From Methanomicrobia archaeon (GTDB lineage Archaea > Halobacteriota > Syntropharchaeia > Alkanophagales > Methanospirareceae): DNA of 64,000 bases. The position numbers were made by a program, and so were the translations under genes. The notes under the pieces are model-generated. The model was not told where the DNA came from. It ran no database searches and worked only from the letters and a program-made list of their open reading frames with translations. The stretch covers positions 1,444 through 65,443 of the forward strand of contig JAFGHB010000004.1 of the NCBI GenBank assembly GCA_016930255.1, read 5' to 3'. The first letter of the stretch is position 1; each line of letters starts with the position of its first letter. This document shows, one piece after another, positions 47,767-58,053 of the stretch.

Positions 47767-48102
47767 CCTTCTTTGTTGATTTCCTTCGCTATACGTTTAA
47801 AAGGGATAAGTCAAGTAAAAACTTCTTTTTTTCTCCACGCGGCTCGCTTTTTAAAACGATACGCGCCGCAAACTCTTAGATTTTATCCTCAAGGTTATTT
47901 GTATCAAAATATTTTTATTAACTCCCTATCAACTTCCATAAGAGCAATATGATATGCTCTCTTACGCTTAACGGTAGATGAAGGGAGAAGGCACGAGCGG
48001 TGCGGCGATGCGAGGCAAAAAGCGTGAAACCGGTAAAAATGAGTGATGGCATCGCCTTTTCCCGGACTGCTACGGGATGGCGGAACGGGGAGTAAAACTA
48101 CC

Positions 48103-49236
48103 ATGAAAAACGGCAGTATTAGTCGTGCGCTGATGAAGGGCAGTGTTGTTTGTATGGCACTGTCAGCAGTGATATTGACGCTTTCGACTCCTGCAAACGC
48201 GGATTACACGGCTGATCACCCGTTAACGACCTACGCGCATGATACGATCTACGGAGATCTGATCTATACGATCGGAGATAGCGACTATATGGGTGAACTA
48301 TCTCCCGGGGATATCTACACGGTCTCCTTCGATCTTGACATTCCAGACGGTGCGACGGTAAAGATAGCGCGATTGTATGCTTACTGGACCTGGAGCCACG
48401 CAGGAGAAGAGGGTGTATATCCTGATATGGACGTTACATTCGATGGAGCGGAAGCAAAGTTGGATAGGGAATACCCAGATAGAAAAGGCTCTGGCGATTA
48501 TGACTACCCCAGCGGCACGTATTGCTATGATGTTACCGATCAGGTATGGGGAAGTAGCGTGTATATCACAACGGCTGAGAATAGTGCGACGGAATCGAAG
48601 ACATTTTCGATGGTTGCACTCGCGCTGTTGGTGATCTACGAAGATGCGAGCGGGAAGAAGCGAGAATATTGGCTAAATGAGGGCTGTGACATACTGAATA
48701 TGAAGATAATCGAGCATGCTGAAGATGCGATTACGACCGCCAGGTTTGGTGGGGTAATCGAGAGCGAGGAACTACAAAGTGCGAACTTAGTGACGATCGT
48801 TCCCAGCGGCGATAGGGGTGAAAACACACTTCTGTTTAATGCGGGGATCTGGGATAGCGTTTATACCGGGGATCCGTATGATGATCTTGCCATTGATACA
48901 CGGGACGTCACCGAGTATGTGGTAGCGAAAGATAATATAGCGAAGATCGAAGATGATGGAGACTATTTGGTTCCAAGCGGCGCGTTTTTGGTTGTGACGT
49001 ATAAAGAGGAAGAAGATGAGCCCAGTCCTGTTGTTACACCTATCCCAACCGCCTCGCCAACGCCTGCTGCGTCTGCTACCGCTACACCATCGCCCATAGT
49101 TGCAACGCCTGCACCCACGTTCTCCCCAACACCTTCTCCCCCTACGCCCACTCCGTCCGGCTTTGAAGTCGGCTTTACAGTTGCGGGTTTCCTTATTTTG
49201 ACCCTGTATCACATGAGGAGGAAAAATGAGAGCTAA
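48103..49236 (+). CDS. secreted 'ARLYV.W' (DUF3344-like) domain protein, subtype 1, with P/T linker and PGF-CTERM-like tail
   Basis: Signal anchor. Blocks TVSFDLDIPDGATVKIARLYAYWTWS, YDVTDQV, LALLVIYED and YWLNEGCD. C-terminal PT-rich linker plus PSGFEVGFTVAGFLILTLYHMRRK. Confidence 0.65.
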   Translation: MKNGSISRALMKGSVVCMALSAVILTLSTPANADYTADHPLTTYAHDTIYGDLIYTIGDSDYMGELSPGDIYTVSFDLDIPDGATVKIARLYAYWTWSHAGEEGVYPDMDVTFDGAEAKLDREYPDRKGSGDYDYPSGTYCYDVTDQVWGSSVYITTAENSATESKTFSMVALALLVIYEDASGKKREYWLNEGCDILNMKIIEHAEDAITTARFGGVIESEELQSANLVTIVPSGDRGENTLLFNAGIWDSVYTGDPYDDLAIDTRDVTEYVVAKDNIAKIEDDGDYLVPSGAFLVVTYKEEEDEPSPVVTPIPTASPTPAASATATPSPIVATPAPTFSPTPSPPTPTPSGFEVGFTVAGFLILTLYHMRRKNES

Positions 49237-51463
49237 TAGAACGCTATTTCTCATCACGTTCCTCTGTGTAATTCCGATCTTATTTCTGATTTCCACGGCA
49301 TCAGCATCATCGTTAAGTCGAACCTATACGAAGGTCGGTGGGGATATAACCTGCGATACGGCTAGCGAAATATCGATAAAAGATGAAGTGAATGCAGGCA
49401 ATCCGATATTTGTCGTTTACAAAGGCGAAACAATAGGATTCCTGAATAGCACGGGCGAACTGAGTGGAATACGAATAGACGGGAAATTCACTGCTGCCGG
49501 GTCCCCTTCTTCAAGCAACTTCAAAACCTCCTTTATTTCCGCAGAGTGGGATACAGAAGGCAAGTATGAGGGCTATTATCGATTCTCAGACGATGCGAAC
49601 GGTAATGGAGACTATTTTGAAGCTGAAACGGACAATCAAGGCTGGCTCTCGCTTGATACGCATACCTTCAGATTGAATTTGTATCCCGCAGATAAGACGT
49701 ATGCAGAGGGCTCCTTGAATCTCACGATCGAATCAAACAACAAAGAAGCGGGTTTTATGCAGTTCAGCATCGAATCTGGCGGGCATTCGATACGAGACGT
49801 TCACGGGCACGACATTTATGACATTCCGATCGAGTATAGAGCGGAGACAAAATTTTATAACGTCTCTGAGGATATTTGGGGCATTTCCATCTCAGCAGAG
49901 GGTGGAATCGTGCTGGCGATGTCAGATTTGGACGTGGTGGAGGGGAGATACACCATTGTGCTGAAGGACTTTGCCACCGAGGTTGAGAAGAAGATCAATT
50001 TCGAGATAGAACCGCGAGAGATCGAACTAGATGTAACTGATGAGATCGCAAAGGGCGAGCGAGCGGAGATAGTTGTAGAGAGTGCATTTTCATACAAGGA
50101 AGCGAGATTATTGATCGATTCGCTGGAAAGCCAGAATGCAACGTTAGATGCAGAAGGCGAGAAGTTATTCCTGTGGGATACAGCAACTGCTTCACACGGA
50201 AGGCACGAGCTGCGGATACAGGTAGATGTAGACGGCGATGGTAGATTCGGGGGCTACGAGGACGAAGAGGCATCGTGCTCTATCGAAGTCCTCAAGGGTG
50301 ACGTCACGGTGACAGCACCGGATGAAGTGATACTAGGCGATCCAGTTGTGATAGAAGGGACGTCCACCTATGGCGACTCCACAGTGATAGTAATCGCCGA
50401 TAAATACGTGGACAAGGCAAGAATCTACAGAAACAAGTTCACATACGAATATGAAACCGTGGGCGAGCTGGAAGGGCCGAAGAAGGTCGAGGTGTTCATC
50501 GATGCTTCTGTTGAATTCAGTATCGGCGAGGAAGTCTCGGAGGATTGGAAGCGAAGAAATAAGGCAGACGCGGATACAGAGTTTGCTCTGATCGAGTCAC
50601 AGGAGCTCACCCTGAATGTGCAACCGATAACGGCAAAAGGAGACGATGTTTGGATAAATGGAACCGCAGCAGGTGTAGATAAGGTATACCTGCTGGTATT
50701 GAACCACGAGGGGGGAGTCATAGTTCCGTATGGCACGGAAGCGACGGCTACACCGGTAGATGGAGAGGAAGGGATCTGGGATGAGAAGCTGCTAGAACCT
50801 GATATCGGCACGTATACGGCCCTTGTACTCCATAAGGGGCGGGATGGTGTAACGGATGCAATATACGATGGCTGGTGGGAGATAGGCGATGAATCGAAGA
50901 CCCGGGACCAGCGGATTGCGATACTCGAGGATCGGATAAAGGGCGCGGGTAGTGATGATCTTTTTGTGAAGAAGGACTTTAAAGTTGTCAATCCTGAGGT
51001 CACACTTGAGCTGGAAGATGTCGCTCTTGGTGAGAATCTAACGATTGTTGCACGCACAAACGTAAACGAAGGCGTTACTGCATGGCTGAGTGTGGGTGAA
51101 GAAGGCTCGAATAAAGAGCGGGAGATGAAGACGGCTAAAGTGGAGAACGGGACGATAACGGCAGAATTTGATACCACTGCACTATCTGTGGGGCGCTGGG
51201 AGGTCTGTGTGGACATTCTGGATCGATGTTCGGATATCGGGCTCGTGAATATAACAGCTGAAACCACCGCACCTGCATCGACAGCGATATCAAATGCAAC
51301 GGCTACGCCTTCGCCTTCGCTTACTCCGACTCCAACAATGTCCATACCAGAAGAGAGTTCAGGAGCGCCAATACCGGGTTTTGACTGTCTCGTCTCGTTA
51401 TTAGCGCTGCTCATTACGGTGGCAGCGTATGTGATAAGGGCGAAAGCGAAAAAGTCCTCGTGA
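49226..51463 (+). CDS. large secreted surface protein with PGF-CTERM anchor
   Basis: 745-aa ORF with a GAGGAGG Shine-Dalgarno site. It overlaps the upstream gene by 11 nt. Signal peptide, acidic beta-rich body, S/T/P linker, terminal PIPGFDCLVSLLALLITVAAYVIRAKAKK. Confidence 0.6.
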   Translation: MRANRTLFLITFLCVIPILFLISTASASSLSRTYTKVGGDITCDTASEISIKDEVNAGNPIFVVYKGETIGFLNSTGELSGIRIDGKFTAAGSPSSSNFKTSFISAEWDTEGKYEGYYRFSDDANGNGDYFEAETDNQGWLSLDTHTFRLNLYPADKTYAEGSLNLTIESNNKEAGFMQFSIESGGHSIRDVHGHDIYDIPIEYRAETKFYNVSEDIWGISISAEGGIVLAMSDLDVVEGRYTIVLKDFATEVEKKINFEIEPREIELDVTDEIAKGERAEIVVESAFSYKEARLLIDSLESQNATLDAEGEKLFLWDTATASHGRHELRIQVDVDGDGRFGGYEDEEASCSIEVLKGDVTVTAPDEVILGDPVVIEGTSTYGDSTVIVIADKYVDKARIYRNKFTYEYETVGELEGPKKVEVFIDASVEFSIGEEVSEDWKRRNKADADTEFALIESQELTLNVQPITAKGDDVWINGTAAGVDKVYLLVLNHEGGVIVPYGTEATATPVDGEEGIWDEKLLEPDIGTYTALVLHKGRDGVTDAIYDGWWEIGDESKTRDQRIAILEDRIKGAGSDDLFVKKDFKVVNPEVTLELEDVALGENLTIVARTNVNEGVTAWLSVGEEGSNKEREMKTAKVENGTITAEFDTTALSVGRWEVCVDILDRCSDIGLVNITAETTAPASTAISNATATPSPSLTPTPTMSIPEESSGAPIPGFDCLVSLLALLITVAAYVIRAKAKKSS

Positions 51464-51741
51464 TTTCAGGTAAACGTAAGAAGTCAGCTAACACTTCAAG
51501 GCTCCAAAAATCGCTTTTTGTTTCATCGCTATCCTGAACGAATGCGATAAGAGCTTCTTCTAATCTCATGATTCACTTCTTCCGCTTCATCAGCAGTCAT
51601 CCGGAGTGTCCTTAGCTCTTCTCTCCTTCCGGGTTAAGTTCCTACACGTTTAAAAGGAGTGTGTTGAAGAAAAAACTTCCCGATCCTTTCTTGTGAATTT
51701 TGGTAATTTTTTCGAACTGATGTAATATAAAAGAAATAGGA

Positions 51742-51755
51742 TTTATTAATATTAA
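51742..51755 (+). promoter_or_regulatory. TATA-like box for a probably leaderless transcript
   Basis: TTTATTAATATTAA is centred about 26 nt upstream of the GTG at 51774. No Shine-Dalgarno site lies in between. Confidence 0.3.
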
Positions 51756-51773
51756 ACAACAAACTTCGGTAGT

Positions 51774-53594
51774 GTGGCAACCCGGGATGGAGGTACAGCG
51801 AGCGTGGAAGATAAAACGGCAATCTTGATCGGGATGATAGTGGTCAGTATCGTGTTATTAGTACAGGTAGCAGGTGCGATCTATTCGTTTGACGGCGTGC
51901 CGTACCCGGACAAGCTCGATGAAGTAGCTCATGGCACATTGAAAGGTGGCGTCTATGTGGGTGAGAGTCGTGGGCTCGGCTTCACGCCGTATGAGCAGAC
52001 TTTTGAACTGCCTGACGGGGTTACGGTTAAGTGGGCGCGGCTATATGTTGGCGTCTGGGGAGGTACTGAGCGCTATGAGGGCTGGGTGCAGACGACGTTT
52101 AACGGGGATGACCTTGGCAAAACGTTCTTGAAAGGCATCAATGACGATAACTCCCATGTATATTGCTCCAGTCATGGTGGCTACTGGGTCTATTACGATG
52201 TCACGGACAAGGTTATACCGGGCCTCAATACGGGAATCGCAGAGACGAGCCGAGGTGAAAAGGGCAGTAAACTGGATGGCCGCGTCTACGGCATCATCCT
52301 CGCCGCCGTTTATGAGGCTGATAACGGGCTGGAAACCTCGTACTGGGTCTGTGATGGCAACCCAAGCCTGCACGGGATGGGCTGGGCTGGCACCACCCCC
52401 TCGATCAATGATCTCGTATCCGTGGACTTCCGCAGTGAGATTGACCCCGCGAATATTAACGCTGCGCATCTCACCGTGACGTATCTTGCTGGCAATATCA
52501 AAGAACCCGATTATCTGGAGTTCAACGGTCATGAGATAGGCGGGAATGACGTGGCCAACAACGAAGACGACGAGACCTATGGGATTGATCTCAAGAGCTT
52601 CGACGTGACGCAGTATACTCAGGCTGAAAATCGGCTCCGCTTCCTCAGAGGTAAAGACGTCAACGGGGACGGCATTATAGACGCAGATGACGAGGGTAAC
52701 CTGGAGGGAGAGTATTACCTGCATCCTGTTCTCGCGGTTCTTGCTGTGGAACATAAAACCCCTGAAAAGACTGCTCCCGATTTTACTGTCCAACTCGACT
52801 TCGGAAACCTGACCGAAGGCGCGAATACGCTTCGTGCGGTGGTGAGCAATGACGGGCGCCTGTACGAGGACGACGTACGATTAAGCGTGTTCGTTGACGA
52901 TTCTGAGATCTATGCTGATGCTGTTCGTATGGATGCCAGTGGCATCAAAAAGACGACCATTCCATGGAACGCCCTATATGGATCGCACACAATCAGAGCG
53001 GAAGTTGACGCAGAGAACGCGGTGCAGGAATTGAACGAAAACAACAACATCTTCAGTTCTGATGTTCATATCGGTGGCAGCCCTGATGTGTCTGTACGGA
53101 TTCTGACGCCCGTGCGTGAGCAGAACGGCGCGACAACGGCAAGCGGTATTGTAACAGCGTGCTCTGGGTTAATCGGTGTTCTCCTCTTACTTTTTGCTCT
53201 ATTATATTGCAGACGGGATACGAGAAGACTTCACGAGGTTCTCGTAATCCTTGCCGTTCTCAGCGTAGCGTTAGTGACCTGCGGCTGCGTGGATGAGCAA
53301 TCCGGAGGAAAAAATCCCATTGGTGGTAGTATGCTCAAGTATTCGGTTCCTGTTGAACTCACCAATGAGGGAGAGCTGCCCGCAGCGGACTTTGAACTCG
53401 CGCTCTACATAGACGATGAGAAGAGCGCGCTTACCACGATAGAGCGATTAGAAGGCGGTACTTCGTTCACAGCGGATTTTTCCATCGTGGTGACGGAAGG
53501 AACGCACACCTTAAAAGCAGTCGCAGATGAGAGGAATGGGCTACAAGAAACCAGGAGGGGTAACAACGTCGACGAAATTACCTTCGATTTTTAG
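51774..53594 (+). CDS. 'ARLYV.W' (DUF3344-like) domain protein, subtype 2, fused to CARDB-like domains with an internal TM pair
   Basis: 606-aa ORF (GTG start uncertain). Blocks FELPDGVTVKWARLYVGVWGG, YYDVTDKV and YWVCDGN, then a CARDB-like unit, two hydrophobic segments (53146-53290) and a last CARDB-like unit. Confidence 0.6.
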   Translation: MATRDGGTASVEDKTAILIGMIVVSIVLLVQVAGAIYSFDGVPYPDKLDEVAHGTLKGGVYVGESRGLGFTPYEQTFELPDGVTVKWARLYVGVWGGTERYEGWVQTTFNGDDLGKTFLKGINDDNSHVYCSSHGGYWVYYDVTDKVIPGLNTGIAETSRGEKGSKLDGRVYGIILAAVYEADNGLETSYWVCDGNPSLHGMGWAGTTPSINDLVSVDFRSEIDPANINAAHLTVTYLAGNIKEPDYLEFNGHEIGGNDVANNEDDETYGIDLKSFDVTQYTQAENRLRFLRGKDVNGDGIIDADDEGNLEGEYYLHPVLAVLAVEHKTPEKTAPDFTVQLDFGNLTEGANTLRAVVSNDGRLYEDDVRLSVFVDDSEIYADAVRMDASGIKKTTIPWNALYGSHTIRAEVDAENAVQELNENNNIFSSDVHIGGSPDVSVRILTPVREQNGATTASGIVTACSGLIGVLLLLFALLYCRRDTRRLHEVLVILAVLSVALVTCGCVDEQSGGKNPIGGSMLKYSVPVELTNEGELPAADFELALYIDDEKSALTTIERLEGGTSFTADFSIVVTEGTHTLKAVADERNGLQETRRGNNVDEITFDF

Positions 53595-54585
53595 TGGCCT
53601 CGTGCTCGCACTCAGCATCTTTGCTGTCCTGGCCGTCACTATCATGCCCGTCGTGGGCTCGTATGCGGGAGACAAACCGCTGAGCACGGTTGCGCACGAT
53701 GAAGTTCGTGGCACTGTCGTATTCACTCTTGGCGATAGCACCTACAGCGGACAGATATCGTGTAATGATTCGTACACCGTCAATTTTGATACCTCTACGG
53801 TAACGGCAAAAGACGTAAAACTCGCGCGACTGTACGTCTACTGGGTTTGGAGCCAGAAAGATAACGTCGGCGTGTATCCTACACTGGAGGTATCTGAAGG
53901 AACGGAAGTTTTGAATCCGCTCATAACCTATACGGATACGAAAGGCTTTGTCGGGAAATATGATTACTTCTCCGGTGTTACGGTCTACGATTGCACGGTA
54001 ACGCTGCCCATGAATTCAGATTCCTATTCGGTTACCGTGAAGAACATGGATGCGAACGGAAGCACGTTCAGTGTGCAAGGAATCGGTCTGCTGGTCGTAA
54101 CCGAGTGCTCAGAAGGCGATCAAGATTGCCCGTTCATCGAATACTGGATCAACGAGGGCTGCGACATGATCTATGCAGAATACGGAATCACCCCAGAGAT
54201 GGCCATCAGCACGAGTTATTTCAATGGAGCTGTGGACGTGGAAAATGTAGAGAAGGCGTATTTAATCTCGGTGGTTCCCTCAGGCGGTTACGTATCTGGC
54301 GGAGAGAAGGCGCATAATTCGCTTTACTTTAACGAAGAGCGCGGATGGCTCGAGGAGCTTCCCTTCCTGAAGCAACTGCTCCGATTATTGTTCGGCCTTG
54401 GCGGCGGGGTCTGGAATGACGTGTATATTGCCGATAGCATGGTTCAGATCGGAGTTGATCAGCGTGATGTGACCAATCATCTGAAAGCCTCGAACAATTT
54501 CGCCGCGATTCAGGACAATCACGATTATATGATGGTGACCAACGCGGTGCTGGTGGTGGAGAAGAGCGGGGACGGAAGGAAATGA
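53527..54585 (+). CDS. 'ARLYV.W' (DUF3344-like) domain protein, subtype 1
   Basis: Signal anchor. Blocks TVNFDTSTVTAKDVKLARLYVYWVWSQ and YWINEGCD. Its stop overlaps the ABC ATPase start (ATGA at 54582-54585). The exact start (53527 or 53536) is uncertain and overlaps the upstream gene. Confidence 0.6.
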   Translation: MRGMGYKKPGGVTTSTKLPSIFSGLVLALSIFAVLAVTIMPVVGSYAGDKPLSTVAHDEVRGTVVFTLGDSTYSGQISCNDSYTVNFDTSTVTAKDVKLARLYVYWVWSQKDNVGVYPTLEVSEGTEVLNPLITYTDTKGFVGKYDYFSGVTVYDCTVTLPMNSDSYSVTVKNMDANGSTFSVQGIGLLVVTECSEGDQDCPFIEYWINEGCDMIYAEYGITPEMAISTSYFNGAVDVENVEKAYLISVVPSGGYVSGGEKAHNSLYFNEERGWLEELPFLKQLLRLLFGLGGGVWNDVYIADSMVQIGVDQRDVTNHLKASNNFAAIQDNHDYMMVTNAVLVVEKSGDGRK

Positions 54586-55265
54586 CCGTTGAGACCCGGG
54601 GGTTAACGAAACATTATCGTATGGGCGACGAGAACGTAGTGGCGTTAGACGGTGTGGATTTGAAAGTAGAAGACGGCGAGTTTATTTCTATTGTGGGCCC
54701 TTCAGGCTCCGGGAAATCAACGTTTTTACATGTCGTCGGATGCCTGGACGCGCCGACGGCGGGTGAGGTGCATTTTAATGGCGCGCGGGTGGATTACAAC
54801 AATAAACAGTCTCTGGTGCTGTTACGGCGACAGTTTATCGGGTTCGTCTTTCAAACCTTCAATCTGATACCGGCGTTGAATGCGGTCGAGAATATCGAGT
54901 ACCCGCTCTATTTCACGAAGGATAATAAGAAGAAGAGTAAAAGCGAACGGAGAGAGCGTGCGAGGAACCTCTTGTCCCTAGTAGGTCTTGAGAACCGTGC
55001 AGAGCACCTCCCTTCCGAACTTTCCGGCGGTGAACTGCAGCGGGTAGCGATCGCACGTGCCCTTGCCAACGATCCGAAGCTTATACTGGCCGACGAGCCC
55101 ACCGGCAACCTCGACTCGAAGACCGGGCAGAGCATATTGGATTTACTCAAGCGGTTAAGCACCGAAGATGAGAAGACGATTATCATGGTAACGCACGATC
55201 TAGCATCGGCGAAGCGGATGAGCATCGTAATCGGAATATTGGATGGGAGACTTCAGCGGCTATGA
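54582..55265 (+). CDS. ABC transporter ATP-binding protein (MacB/LolD-type)
   Basis: Walker [10 protein letters not shown], signature [15 protein letters not shown], Walker [12 protein letters not shown]. Confidence 0.9.
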   Translation: MTVETRGLTKHYRMGDENVVALDGVDLKVEDGEFISIVGPSGSGKSTFLHVVGCLDAPTAGEVHFNGARVDYNNKQSLVLLRRQFIGFVFQTFNLIPALNAVENIEYPLYFTKDNKKKSKSERRERARNLLSLVGLENRAEHLPSELSGGELQRVAIARALANDPKLILADEPTGNLDSKTGQSILDLLKRLSTEDEKTIIMVTHDLASAKRMSIVIGILDGRLQRL

Positions 55266-56482
55266 TGGAATTATTCTCATTAGCAGCTCGGCAGTTAACG
55301 CGGAAGAAACTGCGTGTATTCCTCATCGTGCTGGGAATTGCCATCGGGGTCGCGGCGGTAATTGGCGTCACTTCTCTGGGCGAAGGAATCCGTGTTCAGG
55401 CGGTTGAGCAGATCAAGGCCTCATACGATCTCACGACGATCGAGGTTTCCGCAGGCGTCTCAGAAGAGAGCGTAACTCTGATTACCAATTCGAAAGTCTC
55501 TGCGATCGAATCGACTGCTCACGTTGCATTTGTCGCCCCGTATGTCGAGGACTCGTACGTCACGCGGAATAATACGTATCTCGCAGTAAAAGGGATCTCG
55601 CCGGACTATCTACAGATCCGTGGCCACAGCTTGCAATTGGAGCAGGGAACGTGGTTTGATGAAACTGCTGAGGGTACACCTCTGCCGGTTGTGCTGGGCT
55701 ACGATGTCGCCAAGCGTTTAGCGTTGATCGAGGGCTTAGAGCTGGGTGACGAGTTTACAGTGAAGCTCAGACTGTACGGCGAGGAAGGGCGTCCGTTGGA
55801 CAAGACGACAGCATTTGTAATCGTAGGCGTACTGGAATCCGCGGGGGATGAGCATGACAATCAGGTCTTCGTAGAAATTACAGAGGCGATGGCACTGGAT
55901 GAGAAGGATGCGTATGATGGTCTGGTGGTAAAAGTAGACGACCCTGCATTTGCCGCTGCGGTGCGCGAGCTGATAAAGGATCTGGGCCTGTCGGCGCACT
56001 CCGCGCAGGATGTCATCGACGAGGTGAACCGTCTGATGGTGGCGGTAACACTGGTGTTGGGTTTCTTTTCCGGTATTTCCCTTGTTGTCGGCGCGCTTAT
56101 GGTGGTGAACACGATGATCATCTCGGTTTACGAGCGAACAGGCGAGATCGGACTCTCGAAGGCGTTAGGCGCATCGGACTTTGATATTATGAAGCTGTTC
56201 CTCGCGGAATGCGTGATAATAGGCGTTATCGGTGGCATTTGCGGCGATCTGCTCGGCATGGGCTTCTCAGTCTTGATAGACCTCGTCGGCAAGCCCTTTC
56301 TGGTCAGTGCACTCGGCGGAAGCATCGGTGCGAATCTCGAAGCAGGGAGCATCACCATCGTGACACCCACAATACTGGTCGCGGGATTCGCCATCTCGCT
56401 CGTGCTTTCGGTTGTTTCCGGGCTGTATCCCGCGCTGCGTGCGGCGCGCTTGAACCCGTTGGACGCGTTGCGGCAGATCTGA
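55262..56482 (+). CDS. ABC transporter permease (FtsX/MacB-type)
   Basis: 406-aa ORF with ATGA overlap with the ATPase gene. N-terminal TM, ~230-aa external domain, C-terminal FtsX block (IGLSKALGASDFDI...ALRAARLNPLDALRQI). Confidence 0.85.
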   Translation: MMELFSLAARQLTRKKLRVFLIVLGIAIGVAAVIGVTSLGEGIRVQAVEQIKASYDLTTIEVSAGVSEESVTLITNSKVSAIESTAHVAFVAPYVEDSYVTRNNTYLAVKGISPDYLQIRGHSLQLEQGTWFDETAEGTPLPVVLGYDVAKRLALIEGLELGDEFTVKLRLYGEEGRPLDKTTAFVIVGVLESAGDEHDNQVFVEITEAMALDEKDAYDGLVVKVDDPAFAAAVRELIKDLGLSAHSAQDVIDEVNRLMVAVTLVLGFFSGISLVVGALMVVNTMIISVYERTGEIGLSKALGASDFDIMKLFLAECVIIGVIGGICGDLLGMGFSVLIDLVGKPFLVSALGGSIGANLEAGSITIVTPTILVAGFAISLVLSVVSGLYPALRAARLNPLDALRQI

Positions 56483-56763
56483 GAGTCTTCCTATCTCTTT
56501 CACAATAAAAATCTATTTTGTATCTTTTAGTGTTAACAATAACTATTTAAATATAAATTGATTTTAACAATCTACCTAATGGTGTTACCAAGGCGGTGCG
56601 GGCAAAGGCGGCGGCGATGATGGCGACGCGGAAGTGATGCGCGCGAGGCCCCGTGAAAGGTCTGTATCGTATAAAATGGCTGGAATGCACCTGAACAGGC
56701 GAGAAGAAGAAACGCGCCGAGGAGGGGCGCGCTACAAGTACCCAAAAAAGGAGGTGAAAAAGA

Positions 56764-58020
56764 ATGAGACGATTGAGTATCGCAGGCGTGGAGGCAGCAT
56801 GTGTAATCCTAGTCATTCTATGCTCGCCCACACTGGCACACTGGGACTATGACGGTTATCAGCTTTCCACGAGTTCACAGGGCGCGGTCTATGGCGGCGC
56901 TTATATAAGTGATGGCGACAACCACAACGCGGGTTTTGGTGAGACCTATGTGACAAACTTCAGCGTACCCGATGGCACGACCCATTGGGCGCGACTCTAT
57001 GTCAGCGTGTGGGGCATGAATGAGTATAACACCGGCTGGGTGAATACCACCTTCAACGGGCATACCTATCAACCAATCTTCATCAACGGCACGAATGACG
57101 ATAATCCCTCCGTCTGGGGCGCAGGTCATGGCGTCTGGTGGATATACTACGATGTAACGAACACTATTACACCAAATACAAGCAACCAGGCACTAGTACA
57201 GAGAACACTTGGCGATAGGATTCTCCGGGTAATACTCGTGGAGGCCTATAACGATACTGATGGCTGCGGCTTCATTACCTACTACTGGGTAAACGATGGC
57301 AACGTGAATCTGCATTACAATTATTCGACGGGCTATGAGTGGGATCGTGATTCTAGCACTACGTGGTTCAACGGTACCAGCGAGGAGATATGCTCGGCCG
57401 AATTGTTCACTGCACACTACGGTGGAGGCAATGCTTGGGGTGGTGCGGAGCCGGATTACCTCTACTTCAATGCCCCTGAAGCATATCACCGTCCCAACCA
57501 GATCGGGGACGACGGGAACGAGACGTGGGGAGACGACGATATAGCCGAGAATCTCTTGGATATGCTCACTTTTGATGTCACCGCTCTCGTAGAGTCCTCA
57601 GGCAACAACGCGACCTTCTGGCGCGGGCACGATGATAATGGCGATGGCTGGATCTATCACAATGCGAGTGTTGCCGAAATAGAGGGCGCGGAAGGCGAAG
57701 CGTACGTGCATCCCATACTGGCCGTGCTCACCGTGAACTCAACAAAACGTTACCTGACGAAGGACATGGTGGGCAGTGTACCAAACATCTTCAGCATTCC
57801 AACGGTAGACAGCGAACCAATTAGCACCGCATTGTCTTCAATAGAGCCGTACTACACGTACATAAACCGCTATAACTCAACCACGCAAACCTGGGAGATT
57901 TACAACAAGAACCTACCCTTCCCACCGGTGAGTAAGTTCACGACAATAGACCAGGGAATCGGCTATCAAGTAGCTCCGAATAGCGCTTGCGCGCTCACAT
58001 GGACATCATCGGGTAGTTGA
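56764..58020 (+). CDS. secreted 'ARLYV.W' (DUF3344-like) domain protein, subtype 2
   Basis: Strong GGAGGTGA Shine-Dalgarno site and a signal peptide. Blocks FSVPDGTTHWARLYVSVWG, YYDVTNTI and YWVNDGN, plus a ~100-aa unassigned C-terminal extension. Confidence 0.65.
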   Translation: MRRLSIAGVEAACVILVILCSPTLAHWDYDGYQLSTSSQGAVYGGAYISDGDNHNAGFGETYVTNFSVPDGTTHWARLYVSVWGMNEYNTGWVNTTFNGHTYQPIFINGTNDDNPSVWGAGHGVWWIYYDVTNTITPNTSNQALVQRTLGDRILRVILVEAYNDTDGCGFITYYWVNDGNVNLHYNYSTGYEWDRDSSTTWFNGTSEEICSAELFTAHYGGGNAWGGAEPDYLYFNAPEAYHRPNQIGDDGNETWGDDDIAENLLDMLTFDVTALVESSGNNATFWRGHDDNGDGWIYHNASVAEIEGAEGEAYVHPILAVLTVNSTKRYLTKDMVGSVPNIFSIPTVDSEPISTALSSIEPYYTYINRYNSTTQTWEIYNKNLPFPPVSKFTTIDQGIGYQVAPNSACALTWTSSGS

Positions 58021-58041
58021 AACAAAACGATTCTTCCTCCC

Positions 58042-58053
58042 TTTTTATTTTTT
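58042..58053 (+). terminator. oligo-T tract (archaeal-type terminator candidate)
   Basis: tttttatttttt lies about 20 nt after the stop at 58020. Confidence 0.3.

Noticed and set aside
50425-51414. 329-aa minus-strand ORF, very Ser-rich
   Set aside because: It is entirely antisense to the well-supported 49226-51463 surface-protein gene. Its composition is low-complexity, it has no start context, and it is typical of a shadow frame.
51500-51640. Short minus-strand reading frames (for example MRLEEALIAFVQDSDETKSDFWSLEVL...) after the 49226 gene that resemble an antitoxin-like remnant
   Set aside because: The frames are broken and shorter than 55 codons, they partly overlap the upstream gene end, and no partner gene is present.
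56639-56732. GC-rich leader of the 56764 gene with potential long-range helix GCGCG-agg-CCCC / GGGGCGCGC
   Set aside because: An alternative local hairpin (GCGCC-gaggag-GGCGC) competes with it. No covariation data are available, so I cannot support an RNA element from a single sequence.
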